Assembly (NCBI GenBank): GCA_976551045.1
Contig: CDPCPM010000107.1
Location: forward strand, 3,100,001 to 3,164,000
Direction: 5' to 3'
Origin: Glaucostegus cemiculus
Taxonomy: Eukaryota
DNA length: 64,000 nt
The notes beneath the pieces are model-generated. The model was given only the letters and a program-made list of their open reading frames with translations. It did not search any database and was not told where the DNA came from. How positions within the stretch are numbered: the stretch's first letter is position 1; each line of letters starts with the position of its first letter. A program made the position numbers and the translations under genes. Positions 1 to 10,819 of this stretch are shown piece after piece.

Positions 1-1260
1 GATGCCGCCGAGCCGCCGGTGCAGCAGCAGCAGCAGCAGCCGCCGCCGCCGCCGCCGCCGGCCGACCCGCCTCTGCCCCCGGGGGCGGGGGGAGGAGCCG
101 CCCCGGAGCCGGGCGGAGCGCAGGTGTTCGGCCGGCCGGAGGAGCCGGGCTGTCCCGGGCAGCCGCTGTCCAGCCCGGCTCGGCCCGTCAGCCGCGAACG
201 CCTGTACGGCCAGCGGACGGTGAGCCTGGGCTCGCCGGTCACTGCCGAGTCGTTCCCGGGACCGGCGACCGCTTTCAGCGCCCTGGACCGCATGTTGCTG
301 CTGGCGGCCCCGGGCGGCGCCGAGCTGGGCAGCGGCGGCGGAGGTGGAGGTGCAGGAGGCGGCGGCTCCTCCTCGCCGTCTCCCCGGGCAGGGGGCGCCA
401 CCAAAGGGGCCGAGCGCCGGAGCAAACCGCCGGCGGGAAGCGGAGCGGCGGCCCGCCGGGCCAAGGCGGCGAGGAAGTTGGCCTTCGAGGACGAGGTGAC
501 GACCTCGCCGGTGCTGGGGCTGCGGATCAAAGAGGCGCCGCCCGAGGGCGAGGGCAAGGCGGGCCGGCTGGGCGCGGGCCCCGGCCAGGGACTGGGCCCG
601 GGCCGCCCGCTGGGCGAGTTCATCTGCCAGCTGTGCAAGGAGGAGTACGCCGACCCGTTCGCCCTGGCCCAGCACAAGTGCTCCCGCATCGTGCGCGTCG
701 ACTACCGCTGCCCCGAGTGCGACAAGGTCTTCAGCTGCCCGGCCAACCTGGCGTCGCACCGCCGCTGGCACAAGCCCCGACCCCCGCACCAGCCCAAAGC
801 AGACGTGGGAGCGGAACCCCGGGCTGGGGCTGGGCCCGGGTCCGAACCCGGCACCGGGCCCGACGCCGAGCGGGACAGCCCGGACCCCGGCTCGGCGCTC
901 GCCGACTGCGGCTCCGAAGACGGCGGCCACTGCGAGTGCTGCCGCTGCGGCAAGAGGTTCAAGCGCCAGGCTTACCTGAGGAAGCACCTGTTGGCTCACC
1001 GCGCCGAGCCTCCGCCGCCGCCCCCGTCCCCCGAGAAGCTGCCGCCCGGCCCCGAGTGCCAGCTCTGCGGGGAGAGCTTGGCCAGCAAGGGCGGCCAGGA
1101 GCGCCACCTCCGCCTGCACGCCGCCGAGGTCTTCCCCTGCAAGTACTGCGCGGCCACTTTCTACAGCTCGCCCGGACTCACCAGGCACATCAACAAATGC
1201 CACCCGTCAGAGAACAGGCAAGTGATCCTGCTCCAGGTACCAGTGCGTCCGGCCTGTTAG
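1..1260 (+). CDS. INSM1: Insulinoma-associated protein 1, a C2H2 zinc-finger repressor. Partial: the 5' end with the SNAG domain lies outside the window.
   Basis: Frame 1 is open from base 1 to TAG at 1258-1260, with no introns. It carries the INSM motifs [17 protein letters not shown] and [21 protein letters not shown] and five zinc fingers. The C-terminus [20 protein letters not shown] is the INSM1 type, and the gene is convergent with RALGAPA2 as in other vertebrates. Confidence 0.97.
   Translation, partial: DAAEPPVQQQQQQPPPPPPPADPPLPPGAGGGAAPEPGGAQVFGRPEEPGCPGQPLSSPARPVSRERLYGQRTVSLGSPVTAESFPGPATAFSALDRMLLLAAPGGAELGSGGGGGGAGGGGSSSPSPRAGGATKGAERRSKPPAGSGAAARRAKAARKLAFEDEVTTSPVLGLRIKEAPPEGEGKAGRLGAGPGQGLGPGRPLGEFICQLCKEEYADPFALAQHKCSRIVRVDYRCPECDKVFSCPANLASHRRWHKPRPPHQPKADVGAEPRAGAGPGSEPGTGPDAERDSPDPGSALADCGSEDGGHCECCRCGKRFKRQAYLRKHLLAHRAEPPPPPPSPEKLPPGPECQLCGESLASKGGQERHLRLHAAEVFPCKYCAATFYSSPGLTRHINKCHPSENRQVILLQVPVRPAC
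22..60 (+). repeat. Coding (CAG)6(CCG)7 trinucleotide repeat encoding Q6P7
   Basis: Read directly: CAG x6 at 22-39 and CCG x7 at 40-60. Confidence 0.95.
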
Positions 1261-2065
1261 TGCAAGGACAAGGAGAGGGGGCGACAAACCGTGCCTTTAT
1301 CATCAGACCACTGCTTACCCGGCCCCGTGCTTAAAATGAACCAATTTCATCGCTTCTTCCCTCCTGCTACAAGCCTTGTGTACCAGACGCTCTACTCGGA
1401 CCGCACCTCTGAGGTCCAAAAACAACAAACAGCTTTAATGTAGCTTTGTGACTTGCTGGACATTTGAGACCGTCAATTGTCTGAACAAAACCGGTATTAG
1501 AACATTCCTTTAGATTAGCCACAAATGCCTTGGATTGCTGACCCGGATATTTCAGTAAGATGATGTAAATGCCTTAATTTTTCGAAGCTTTCCACGTTTT
1601 TTCCCCTCATTCGTAAACGATGAGTTTGTTGCATATAATTTTACTGTTTGAATATATGTATTGATTGCTAAATGAATACATTTTATAATTTATTCGTTTT
1701 ATTTATTTATAAAAACTATTGTGATATTTGTATACTTTTGTTAATCTATTTTGACGTTCCGTATTTGTTTCAGTAAGTTATATGTTCCGTTTTGGTATGT
1801 TTCAGACCGACTTTCATTTTCTAAACACAAAATGTAGAATGTTTTCGTTTCTTTTATATGATCTTGAATGGAGTTTGGTTATTCGATTCTGCTACCCATT
1901 CACAGACCCGTGTGAAGCTGACAACTGTTAAATGCAATCCCTTTTCTACACAACTTATTTTCTTAACTGTTAGCTTTTATATAGTGGTTCCAAATGTACG
2001 TTCTCAACTGTGTTTGTTACTGAATATTTAAATATATTAAATACGTATAATTATCCGTGGCCTTG
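1261..2065 (+). other. INSM1: INSM1 3'UTR. Candidate polyA signal ATTAAA at 2036-2041; alternative AATAAA near 2894.
   Basis: AU-rich sequence after the stop, with overlapping ATTTA motifs at about 1685-1710 and miR-124 seed matches. The end point is inferred. Confidence 0.6.
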
Positions 2066-5000
2066 CTTCCGTCGTTATTCTAGTTCTCAAATACTTGCGA
2101 CATTGTAGCTTTTCCCAAACTGCTAAAGCGCCAAAAGTGGTTTCAGGAAATGATCGTAGTCCTTTTAGACTTTCGTATGAAGAGAAATTAGATTTGCCCA
2201 GTTTTGATTCCAGAACTGCATTGTATACAGTGTAGGTGTTAATTATGGTACGCAGCTTCAAGCGATAATGCAACTGTTACTGTCTCCGGATCACGGGATC
2301 TGTATTATGGCGGCGCCCACCGTGTAGTTAAGAGGTTATTTTGTTTATAAATCGCATCCAGGGATTTGGACACATTATCGTTTAGGAATGGACTTTCTAA
2401 CCAAACCGGTTAGCTACTTTTCCGCGGATTTCCAATCCCGATCACATTTAACGAAATGCACATACTAACTTCCAAAGCCATGCCGTTGCTGATCGAAACA
2501 ATTTAACACCGGGCGCGTTATGACAACGATTTAATGTTTAGATTCCACAGTTGGAGGTGGAGCCAAAGATTAAACCTCATTTTCCCCTAAAAGGACGGGT
2601 GTCTTTCAGTAGCAATTGAGGCGATTTTCCCAGAAGAACTATTACCTTGAACGTTATTCGCCAGCATTCAGTAGGTTAGTATTTTATAAATGCAATCCAA
2701 AAGGAGATGGGGGTGATTGTAGTGGGTAATGGAACTACAGCGTATCCGTTGTTAGAAACGCAGCTGATTTTTTTAAAGTTAGCTTTTCTTCCCAGAAGTG
2801 CTTCAAACGAGATACTTTTATCTCTATTATCTTGAAAGACATAGCGGAACTTGCTCTGTCATGTTGGCTATAGTCCAGGATTTATAAAGAACAAATAAAA
2901 CATTAAATGAAATTCACCTGGCATATTTTCAACAGCCCCAGATGAGTGAAATAATCGATTTATTAGTATTCTGGTTGGTGTGATCAAACATCTGTAATTT
3001 CAATTATATTTACAATTCAGTTGCGTGTTTAAAATTTACACAGTGTTCGGTCTCTCCCGAGAGGCGAGGTCAACGGTGAAAGGATTCTCCTGGGACCGGG
3101 AAACACGTGCCTTTAGCACAGACCAACCCCTGCGGGATTCTTATTAAACAATATTGGGCCTGTGCAATTTTGTTGTTTTAGATTTTTCCTATTATATCTA
3201 AGTTTGTCCTCATTCCATATTGGAATTTGTAATGAAAGCTTTTAATACGTCCGTACACCGGCGGTGACAACAGTAAGTGACGAGGAATTGTTAATGGTTT
3301 TCAGTCTCTGTTGATTGTGTTGACTTGATGCCTGCTTGTGGATAGTTGGAAATGATGCACCTGACGATCGGGTCAGTTGAGCTTCAGTTCCTGCCACTAG
3401 CATCCGTTAGGTTAAACAATCCCGAGTCAATGTGGAAAGGCGAAATTAACAGAGCTCGATCTATTTACGCTACACAAATAGAACAGCTTCAAAAAGCTAG
3501 ATTTGGCGATAATACTGTGCGGCTATTCTGCAATACACAACTGATTTTTTAAATATATGGCATTGCGGTCGCCTAACGGGATGATGCCGAATGCCATGAT
3601 TTGGGATGCAGATTTTCATGAATGCTGGTAGTTACGGTGTTGGAGACTGAGGGTAATTCAGAGTTTAACATGCGAGAATGCAGCAGTATTAAAGCACAAT
3701 TTGATTTATTTTAATCGACCCGTAAGTCTCAAGTTATTTGCGGAGAACAGCTACCCTTAATTATCTTCCATTATCCGGACTACTGTATAATTAAAGATGG
3801 AAGGGAATGTAGCGGAACAGCACAAATTTGAGTTCGGTTTTGGGTTTAATAATTTCACCTTTCGCCCAATTTTACTAGTTAATATGTTCGTTTAAGGACC
3901 ATAAATATTTAAATGTTGCAGCGTATACTTCTTGCAGTGTTAAGGTGTAAAGAATAGGAATCTTTGCTAGGACTAAATATTAGAGGGCAATTTCCTCGGA
4001 ATTCACACGCGAGCTCCAATATTTTCAAAATTCGGTGTTTCAAGGCGGTCAAGCGGTAAGCACGCTCCGAGTCCAAGGGCTGAGGTTTCCACCCGTTTGC
4101 AACAATAAGGCCCAGGCAATCTCCCCGTTCTGCAGTGAGCGGAGAAAACCTCCTTACTATCGGCAAAGAGCAGACGCTCCGATATCCGAGAGCTGCATCC
4201 CAAATGAGGCAGGCCTTGGAATGGAGACCGGGTGCGCGAATGGGAAAGATTCCCATTCGCCTTCATCAACGTTAATGAGGGCAGATATTGCATAATTTAA
4301 CACCGACGCGTCATTGTCCAATATTTTCATTGCAAGGCGAGGGAAGTTTAAGATAATAGTTAAAACAAACCGATTCCTCGTTGCCACCTGGCAAACCACC
4401 GTGACCACAATCCCTCTCTCACCACCACTGGGGTGAGTCAGTGGCCCGCACTGTTTAGGTACCCAAGCCAATGGCCTCTGAGTTCTGGCTGTCTGGGGCA
4501 GCTGTAGGGAAAAAGCCCGCAGCATTAGTGTGTGAGCTACTCCGTACTGACAACAATTTATGAACGCAGCAACGCTAGAGATCATTTACAGAGTCTGCTG
4601 CAAATGTATTATCTTAGTTCAACAGGCGGATGTTCTCATTTCCCTATGAATAATGTAATAGCGAAATCACAGGGCGCTCGCCACGTTTGCGCTTTAATCA
4701 TTTAAATCAAACCTTCACTGAAAGAAATGACACGGCACGGAACGAGCAGCCTGATGCTGCCGACACACGCCGCTCCGGATATTGTCTGGAATTTACGTAG
4801 TGTCGAAATACGATGCAAACGTGAACATCTTCCAGTGTCCGCTGAAACCGGAGCGGGGAGGAGCGCCCTGCGGAAGCAACGGATAAGAGCGAACGTGTGA
4901 CCTTTTGTAAATGTTATTGACACAGGAGGAGAGTGGGATGCGGCCTTTCTCCAGTCTCCCTGTTTGACTGTTGCTCCAGTTCACTATTTATTACGCTAAT

Positions 5001-6639
5001 TTACTTGTTTGTTATTAATTTGCCGGATTTGATTTAATAATCATTACTTTTTAGTTTTCCTTACAAAAATGATTTTAACATTATCATGACAGCGGAGTTC
5101 AGTACATGACTAAATCCAGACAATCCCTTTTCTTGACGTTTTATTAGCAGAAATCAAGTTAAAACTCATTTGAGACGCAAGATTGAAATCTCTAAATATC
5201 TATTCATTTTTAAAAATCGATCTTTGCTGGTTTTAAAGTTTAGCTCTCGGGAACTAAATTGTTCCTTTCCCGATGATCAGTCAAATAAATCTCGTTAATA
5301 TCAAAATCTCGTTTGCCTTTAACGATCAGTTTTTAAGTGAACAGCAGTCAAACAGCAGAGTAAAACCAGAGGCAGGTTTGGGAGTAGTGGCAATGTTTAA
5401 TTATTTCCACACCTGTAAGGGTTCGCTTTTCTTTAAGTCTTCCATTTAACAAAAAAAAATGTGCTCATGTAATTGCTGTTATTTATAACACGGCAATCAA
5501 CTGATAGGGAAAGGTTACTGCGCTTGATACCCATTTTGGTTACAGAAGTTTCAGAATAAAAACATCCCCTCGCCCCCGTTTAAATTCACTGTTCCGTTTA
5601 ATGAGATGCTTAAATTCAAAATAATGCCGCATGTCTCTTTACTACTAAGCCATTGACGTGTAGCTCCTCTGCACCCTGCTGTGAGAAAATTGGAGGATTA
5701 TATCCCGGTTTAAGTAGGCGAGCTTGATCAGACTATCCCCATCTACACTTGATTACAATGGCACAATGTCATTACTGAACAAGCTCCTAAATATGGTGTA
5801 ACGCGCGGCCCATTGGTAACAATGCACAGATAGGGAGAAAGTTAATGCGGGTTTAAAGTAGATTTCCAAACTCTTGTAATGGGTCAAAGGCAGTCAAGTA
5901 CGGGCCTGCATGTCTAAAATCCTGTTCAAATCCTTTGCGCCTTTTCGCAGACCCCAAACGACAATATTCAGAATTCAGAGCATTTCCCCCCCCCCCCCCT
6001 CCTTTTGGTTGGAACAGCAGGCTGGTTAATCTGAGATTTATGGCCTTCAACATCTTGAAGACGTGCTGCCGAGACACCAATGGATACAGACCGAGTTTTT
6101 AAAATAATAAATTTGAAACCTGGTTAAAGGGACGATTAACTTTTCCAGTTCTTGTTCCGCAGTTACGAATATTTGAACAGCTTGCGAATTATATTAACAG
6201 ATCAGTATATGTTAGCGGATATTGTGCTGAAACCGAGTCGTTCTCTTGTTTAAACTGCACCTCGATGTTTGTGCTCCAGATTGATGAATCAGATTAAGGA
6301 ATGGAATCAAAAAGACAGACACCGATCCTCGCTGATCGAAGATTTATGAGAATAACCACATTTATAACGTGACAAATAAACTAAAATTCATTTATTATTG
6401 GATTGATACCGGGGCCTTATTTTTTCCAAGACGTAATGCCGTATGGATGTCAGGGGAAAAATCGAAGGCATGAAAGGAGCACAAATTAGAATGGTCTTGA
6501 AAGTCAGAGGTGGAAGTAGACACTTAAGGCAGTACTGGTGGAGCAAGTATCAGTTGAGTTCAGCTTCAAATGGCAGCGCGCAATAGAATTAGTGCCCAGG
6601 TGACAGGCAGGGTGATGGGACTTTCTGCAGAAGCTGAGA

Positions 6640-6957
6640 GAGAGCGAGCATGGAAAGAGGCCCTTCGATCCACTGTCTATGCTGACCATCAACCATCCAT
6701 TTGCACCAATCTCACTTTACTCTCCTCACATTCCCATCAAATTCCCCCCCAGATTCTACCACTCACCTACTCACTAGGGGCAAATTACAGCGGCCAATTA
6801 ACCTACCAATCCTCACTTCTGTGGGCTGTGGGAGCAAACCAGGGCACAAGGACAAAACTCCGTCAGTGAGGGAGGACGTGTGAACTCCACACAGGCAGCG
6901 CCAGAGGTCAGGGTCGAATCAGGGTTGCTGGGTACCTGAGGCTGTAGGGCTACCACT
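6640..6957 (-). mobile_element. tRNA-derived V-SINE (HE1-like), diverged
   Basis: V-domain-like core (tgtgggagcaaaccagggcac...gtgtgaactccacacag), a degenerate B-box near 6910-6920, and a CR1-type tail (aggcccttcgatccactgtctatgctg). Confidence 0.8.
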
Positions 6958-9164
6958 TGTTAGACTAATCAGGCTCAACACAACACCAATATCCAGTTAG
7001 AACTGGTTTGCATCACCCTGGATTTACATTTCTGTTTTCTCTGGAAACCTTGTACCTCACCTTGATGTAAATGTTTAAGGAGCAGAAATCCTCCAGTTCC
7101 CACTCTCTAAATCTTCAAAGACCAAAATTATGGGAAAGACAGGAGCCAGGCAATGGGTGAAATCTTGAGCTGTAGCTACACTTCTCTGGAATATAAATGC
7201 ATCCTTAAACTTATTCAAGACCTGGAAAGATGAATATATCAAGTGTTATTTGTGCAAAAATTTATAGCATCCCTATTTCAACTTGGGACCTGTTGCAAAC
7301 CCAGAAATGGATCATAACATAAACCCACTCAACTTGTTCACCACTTCCCATAGGGTTTTGCAATATCTTTTTAATTTGTAACATTAAAAATGATAAGGGT
7401 CTCAGAGAGCTTATGTAGCTATGTCAGTACGTCACATCCATGGATCTTGAAACATTATGTTGCACTGCTATATCAGATATAGAAGTGGATAGAGGGAACA
7501 AGGCAGAGAGAGTGTGACAGAGGGTTGTTGGATGCAGTGAAGAAACAAAATACAATTGACGTGAAACATGAACTGTGAATATGGCTTAAAAAGCAGGAAG
7601 GGTCAGGAGTCAAACAGAAAATAAAGCGCATAAGACAAGATAAAAAGTGACAAAGATAGTAGAGTCATTATTTACCAATCTTTCAGTAGTATATTTTCTT
7701 TGTAATTGTCACCTATAAAGATGTCTAGAGCCAGAACATTTTAAATTTAGTTATTTTCGTCTTTCTCCTTTGAGTTCTCACTTGTCGCAGGAAAATGATG
7801 CACCTCCAGTGGGAAGGTGTGATCTGGACCTGGAATCACAATCAAAATTGATGGTGTCTATTAAATTTCTCTGTGCCATTACTTATTGGTGCCGTGGGGA
7901 TGGAGTGTGATTGATGTCAGTTTTTTATATGGCAAACTGCATTATTACACCAACACTTAAAGTGAGGGAAAAGAATTGTTTCTCACATTTCTGTGGAATG
8001 GCTGGAGGGTGGACTCAATATTCAACACACCGCTGCTTTTAACCTCATCCAAGATCAGGCTAGAGTATGCACTTGGTACAATTATTTTTGGCGACTCCAC
8101 TTAAAGACGCAACTTCTATTTTTGAGATGTTACCATAATAGTATTAACCAAATAGAAAAGCTATATTCACAAGTTTCCCTTAATATTAATACACAGATTT
8201 CAACATAATAAACAGTGGGCACAAAGTTCACTGTTTATAGAATTGAAACTGAAATTATTAATACCAAGAATGCACCTATTTGATGCTTATACATTATTTA
8301 AAAGATGTGCAAGACTCTGCTGTTGTTCAGGATGGACTGACATGCAGTAACCTATACTGAGGAGTTAATGGTTTTGGCTATAACATCAGGGGAAAGAAAC
8401 AGTTAAATTTTAAATTAAGTACAAACTAAAATACATCTAGTGTAATACTAAAAACAATTATAGCTGTATTTATATTTCCAGTTGGTTATAGATTGTACAT
8501 GAAAAACAAGTTTTATCAAGTAATGAATTGCAACTTTGTCAGGATTGTTAAAGATCACTCACTTCCAAAATTCATAAGTTGCTCTTCAAGTTGCAATAAG
8601 GTAAGAATTTTACATCCTTTCAATCCCTTTGTTACTTTTCTCAATCATCTTGTCACTCATTAATGCACCACCAGTGATGACTTAGACTTTCCAAAAGGCA
8701 ATATTTAATTTCCTTTGGCTAAGGCATGAACTATCATTCCTAAAAAAAAGTGAATTGTAAGGTGTAAGGAAGATCTCTTTAAAAAATAATAACTTCAAAT
8801 ACTCCCTATTCCTAATGCTCTGCTTCTTAAGGTGCCCAAGATGAACAAAATGCTTGATTGAAATAGAATTACAAGTTTACCAAGCTTCAGTATACTTATA
8901 AAATGACAGAAGTGCATGCATACTGGGCTAGAAGTTCCTATGACTGGCTGTCTGTTGAGACATGGTCTGTCATATTCCACTGGGAAACAGCTTCATAACA
9001 AGCTCAGAGTTGCACTTGAGACCCCTATTTGATTGGAACACAGAATAACCTACTTTCCGATGAGGAAAAACCCGTCTGAGCCATTGGTTAGTGATATTAG
9101 TGATTTGGAACCAGGTACTTAATAATACATCACATGGGATTGAAAATCCTTGAATATTATAATT

Positions 9165-10150
9165 CATGCTGCCAAGACCAACATTTAGTGGCCACTTTCA
9201 AGTGCTCGAGGTGGTGGTGATGAACCACCTTCTCAAACTCAAGGTCCACATCAAGTGAAGGTACATCCAAAATACCGAGAAGCAGGGAGCTTGAGGATTT
9301 TGATGCACTGATGAAGGATCGATGTGAGACTTGGGAGAACTTTCCGGTTGTGCTGTTCCTATGCACCCACTGCCCTCATCTTTCAGGATGGTGTTGCTTA
9401 TGGGTTGGGAGGTAGTGACTAAGTAGTTTGAAGAGATGCTGCAACAAAGATAGTGCACATGGTAGAGTGCGAATCATTCAGGTGGAAAATTGGCCACCAA
9501 TCAAATGGATCACTATATACTGAATGATTCAAGCTCTTGGGTGTTGAGATGAAATTTATCCAGGCAAACTGAGAGTATTCTGACTCGTTCCTGTATGTTA
9601 CCTTGTAAATGGGAGAATGGCTTTGTGAAGGCAAGAGTGAATCATATTCCACAAACCACCCAAGCTCAGGACTTCAGTGGACAGTTTTGTGTGGCTGATC
9701 CAGTTAACCGTATGATTAATGTTGGCACATTCCAGGATGTCAGAGGAGTGAAACTAACTTAAATGTTTTGCCAATATGGCTGTATCACTAACATTGATGA
9801 TTCTACTAATTGCATTGGCCAATTTCTTAGCAGTATCCTCCTGGCCTATACCAGCTTAAGTGCACCTCCAGACCATCAAAAGTAATAGTTTTGAATATTA
9901 AGGGGAGGTGATTAAACTCTCTTGTTGGATGTGGTGATTGCCTGGAATTTAAGAGGCAAGGAACATTCACAGATCACATTAGTGCAAACCTGAGCAATTA
10001 ATTTCTTTAAAAAGTGAACATGAACTACTACACTATTTGAGCTGTAAATGGCACTCAACCATCAGTGAATGTTCACACTTCTGGCCTTTTGTGGAGGGAA
10101 GATTTGTGAAGAGTTAGTTAGGTTCAGGACACTGCCATCTGGAACTCCTG
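9165..10150 (-). mobile_element. Old degraded non-LTR retrotransposon fragment
   Basis: Shares motifs with 58315-58650 (tccaggcaa, gaaggtac/gaaggtat) and with 52430-52520. The family is not securely named and the orientation is inferred. Confidence 0.55.
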
Positions 10151-10819
10151 AAGCAATGTTAAATATTTCAAAGGAAAAGCAAACTAGCACCACTGCAGGG
10201 CATAAGTGGGAATGAAAGAAAATAACTTTTAAAGAAAAGTGTCAAGAAAAAACTTTGTCAATAAAATGCAAACTGTTTGGAATGGATTGTGAGGAGGCAT
10301 AGCAGAGGCACAAAACACAGTATGTCTGACTATAATGATGGGAGTGTTAGGAAACTGTAGATATAAGCTTTGATATGCCCACTGTTATATTTTCTTTCTT
10401 AACCTTGCCAACATTCTCACATTTATCTGATCAATCAACGCTATTATTAAATTATCAACACAATTTACTTAAATTTCAGTAATTAGGTTTTTTTTAGAAA
10501 ACATGATCATGCTAAGCAATAACAATCTAGGAAAATGGATGGTGACAAAATACATCAAAGAAACCTGCAAAGGCATTTATATTTTTCTTTGTGCATCTTG
10601 AATTATTGCATCAGTAATAAAACCAAAACAAAACTAATTAGATTGAAATTATAATTTTAATGAATTACCACTCCATGACAATCCACATAACAAAGATATC
10701 CTGAACTTTCACCTTAAAAATGCTTGATACTTTAATGCAAGCAAGCATTCTTAAGCTTCTTCATTTTAAAATCCATTGTTTTACAAATTAACAGAAAAAA
10801 AGACTCAAATGAATTGTTT

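Larger units (their letters stand above)
1..1340. promoter_or_regulatory. CpG island covering the INSM1 coding exon
   Basis: Very high GC and dense CpG throughout, with an abrupt fall in GC after about 1340. Confidence 0.9.

Noticed and set aside
19-21. ORF-track start of INSM1
   Set aside because: It is an internal GTG (Val). The frame is open to base 1, and the true ATG/SNAG start lies upstream of the window.
633-1334. 233-aa alternative-frame ORF overlapping INSM1 (also 2-223 and minus 702-962)
   Set aside because: These are shadow ORFs expected from extreme GC content. The long one starts at GTG, and none has a recognisable domain.
6448-6458. TGTCAGGGGAA resembling the INSM1 binding motif (autoregulation)
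   Set aside because: A single partial match lacking the GGGGGC end, which is likely by chance in 64 kb.
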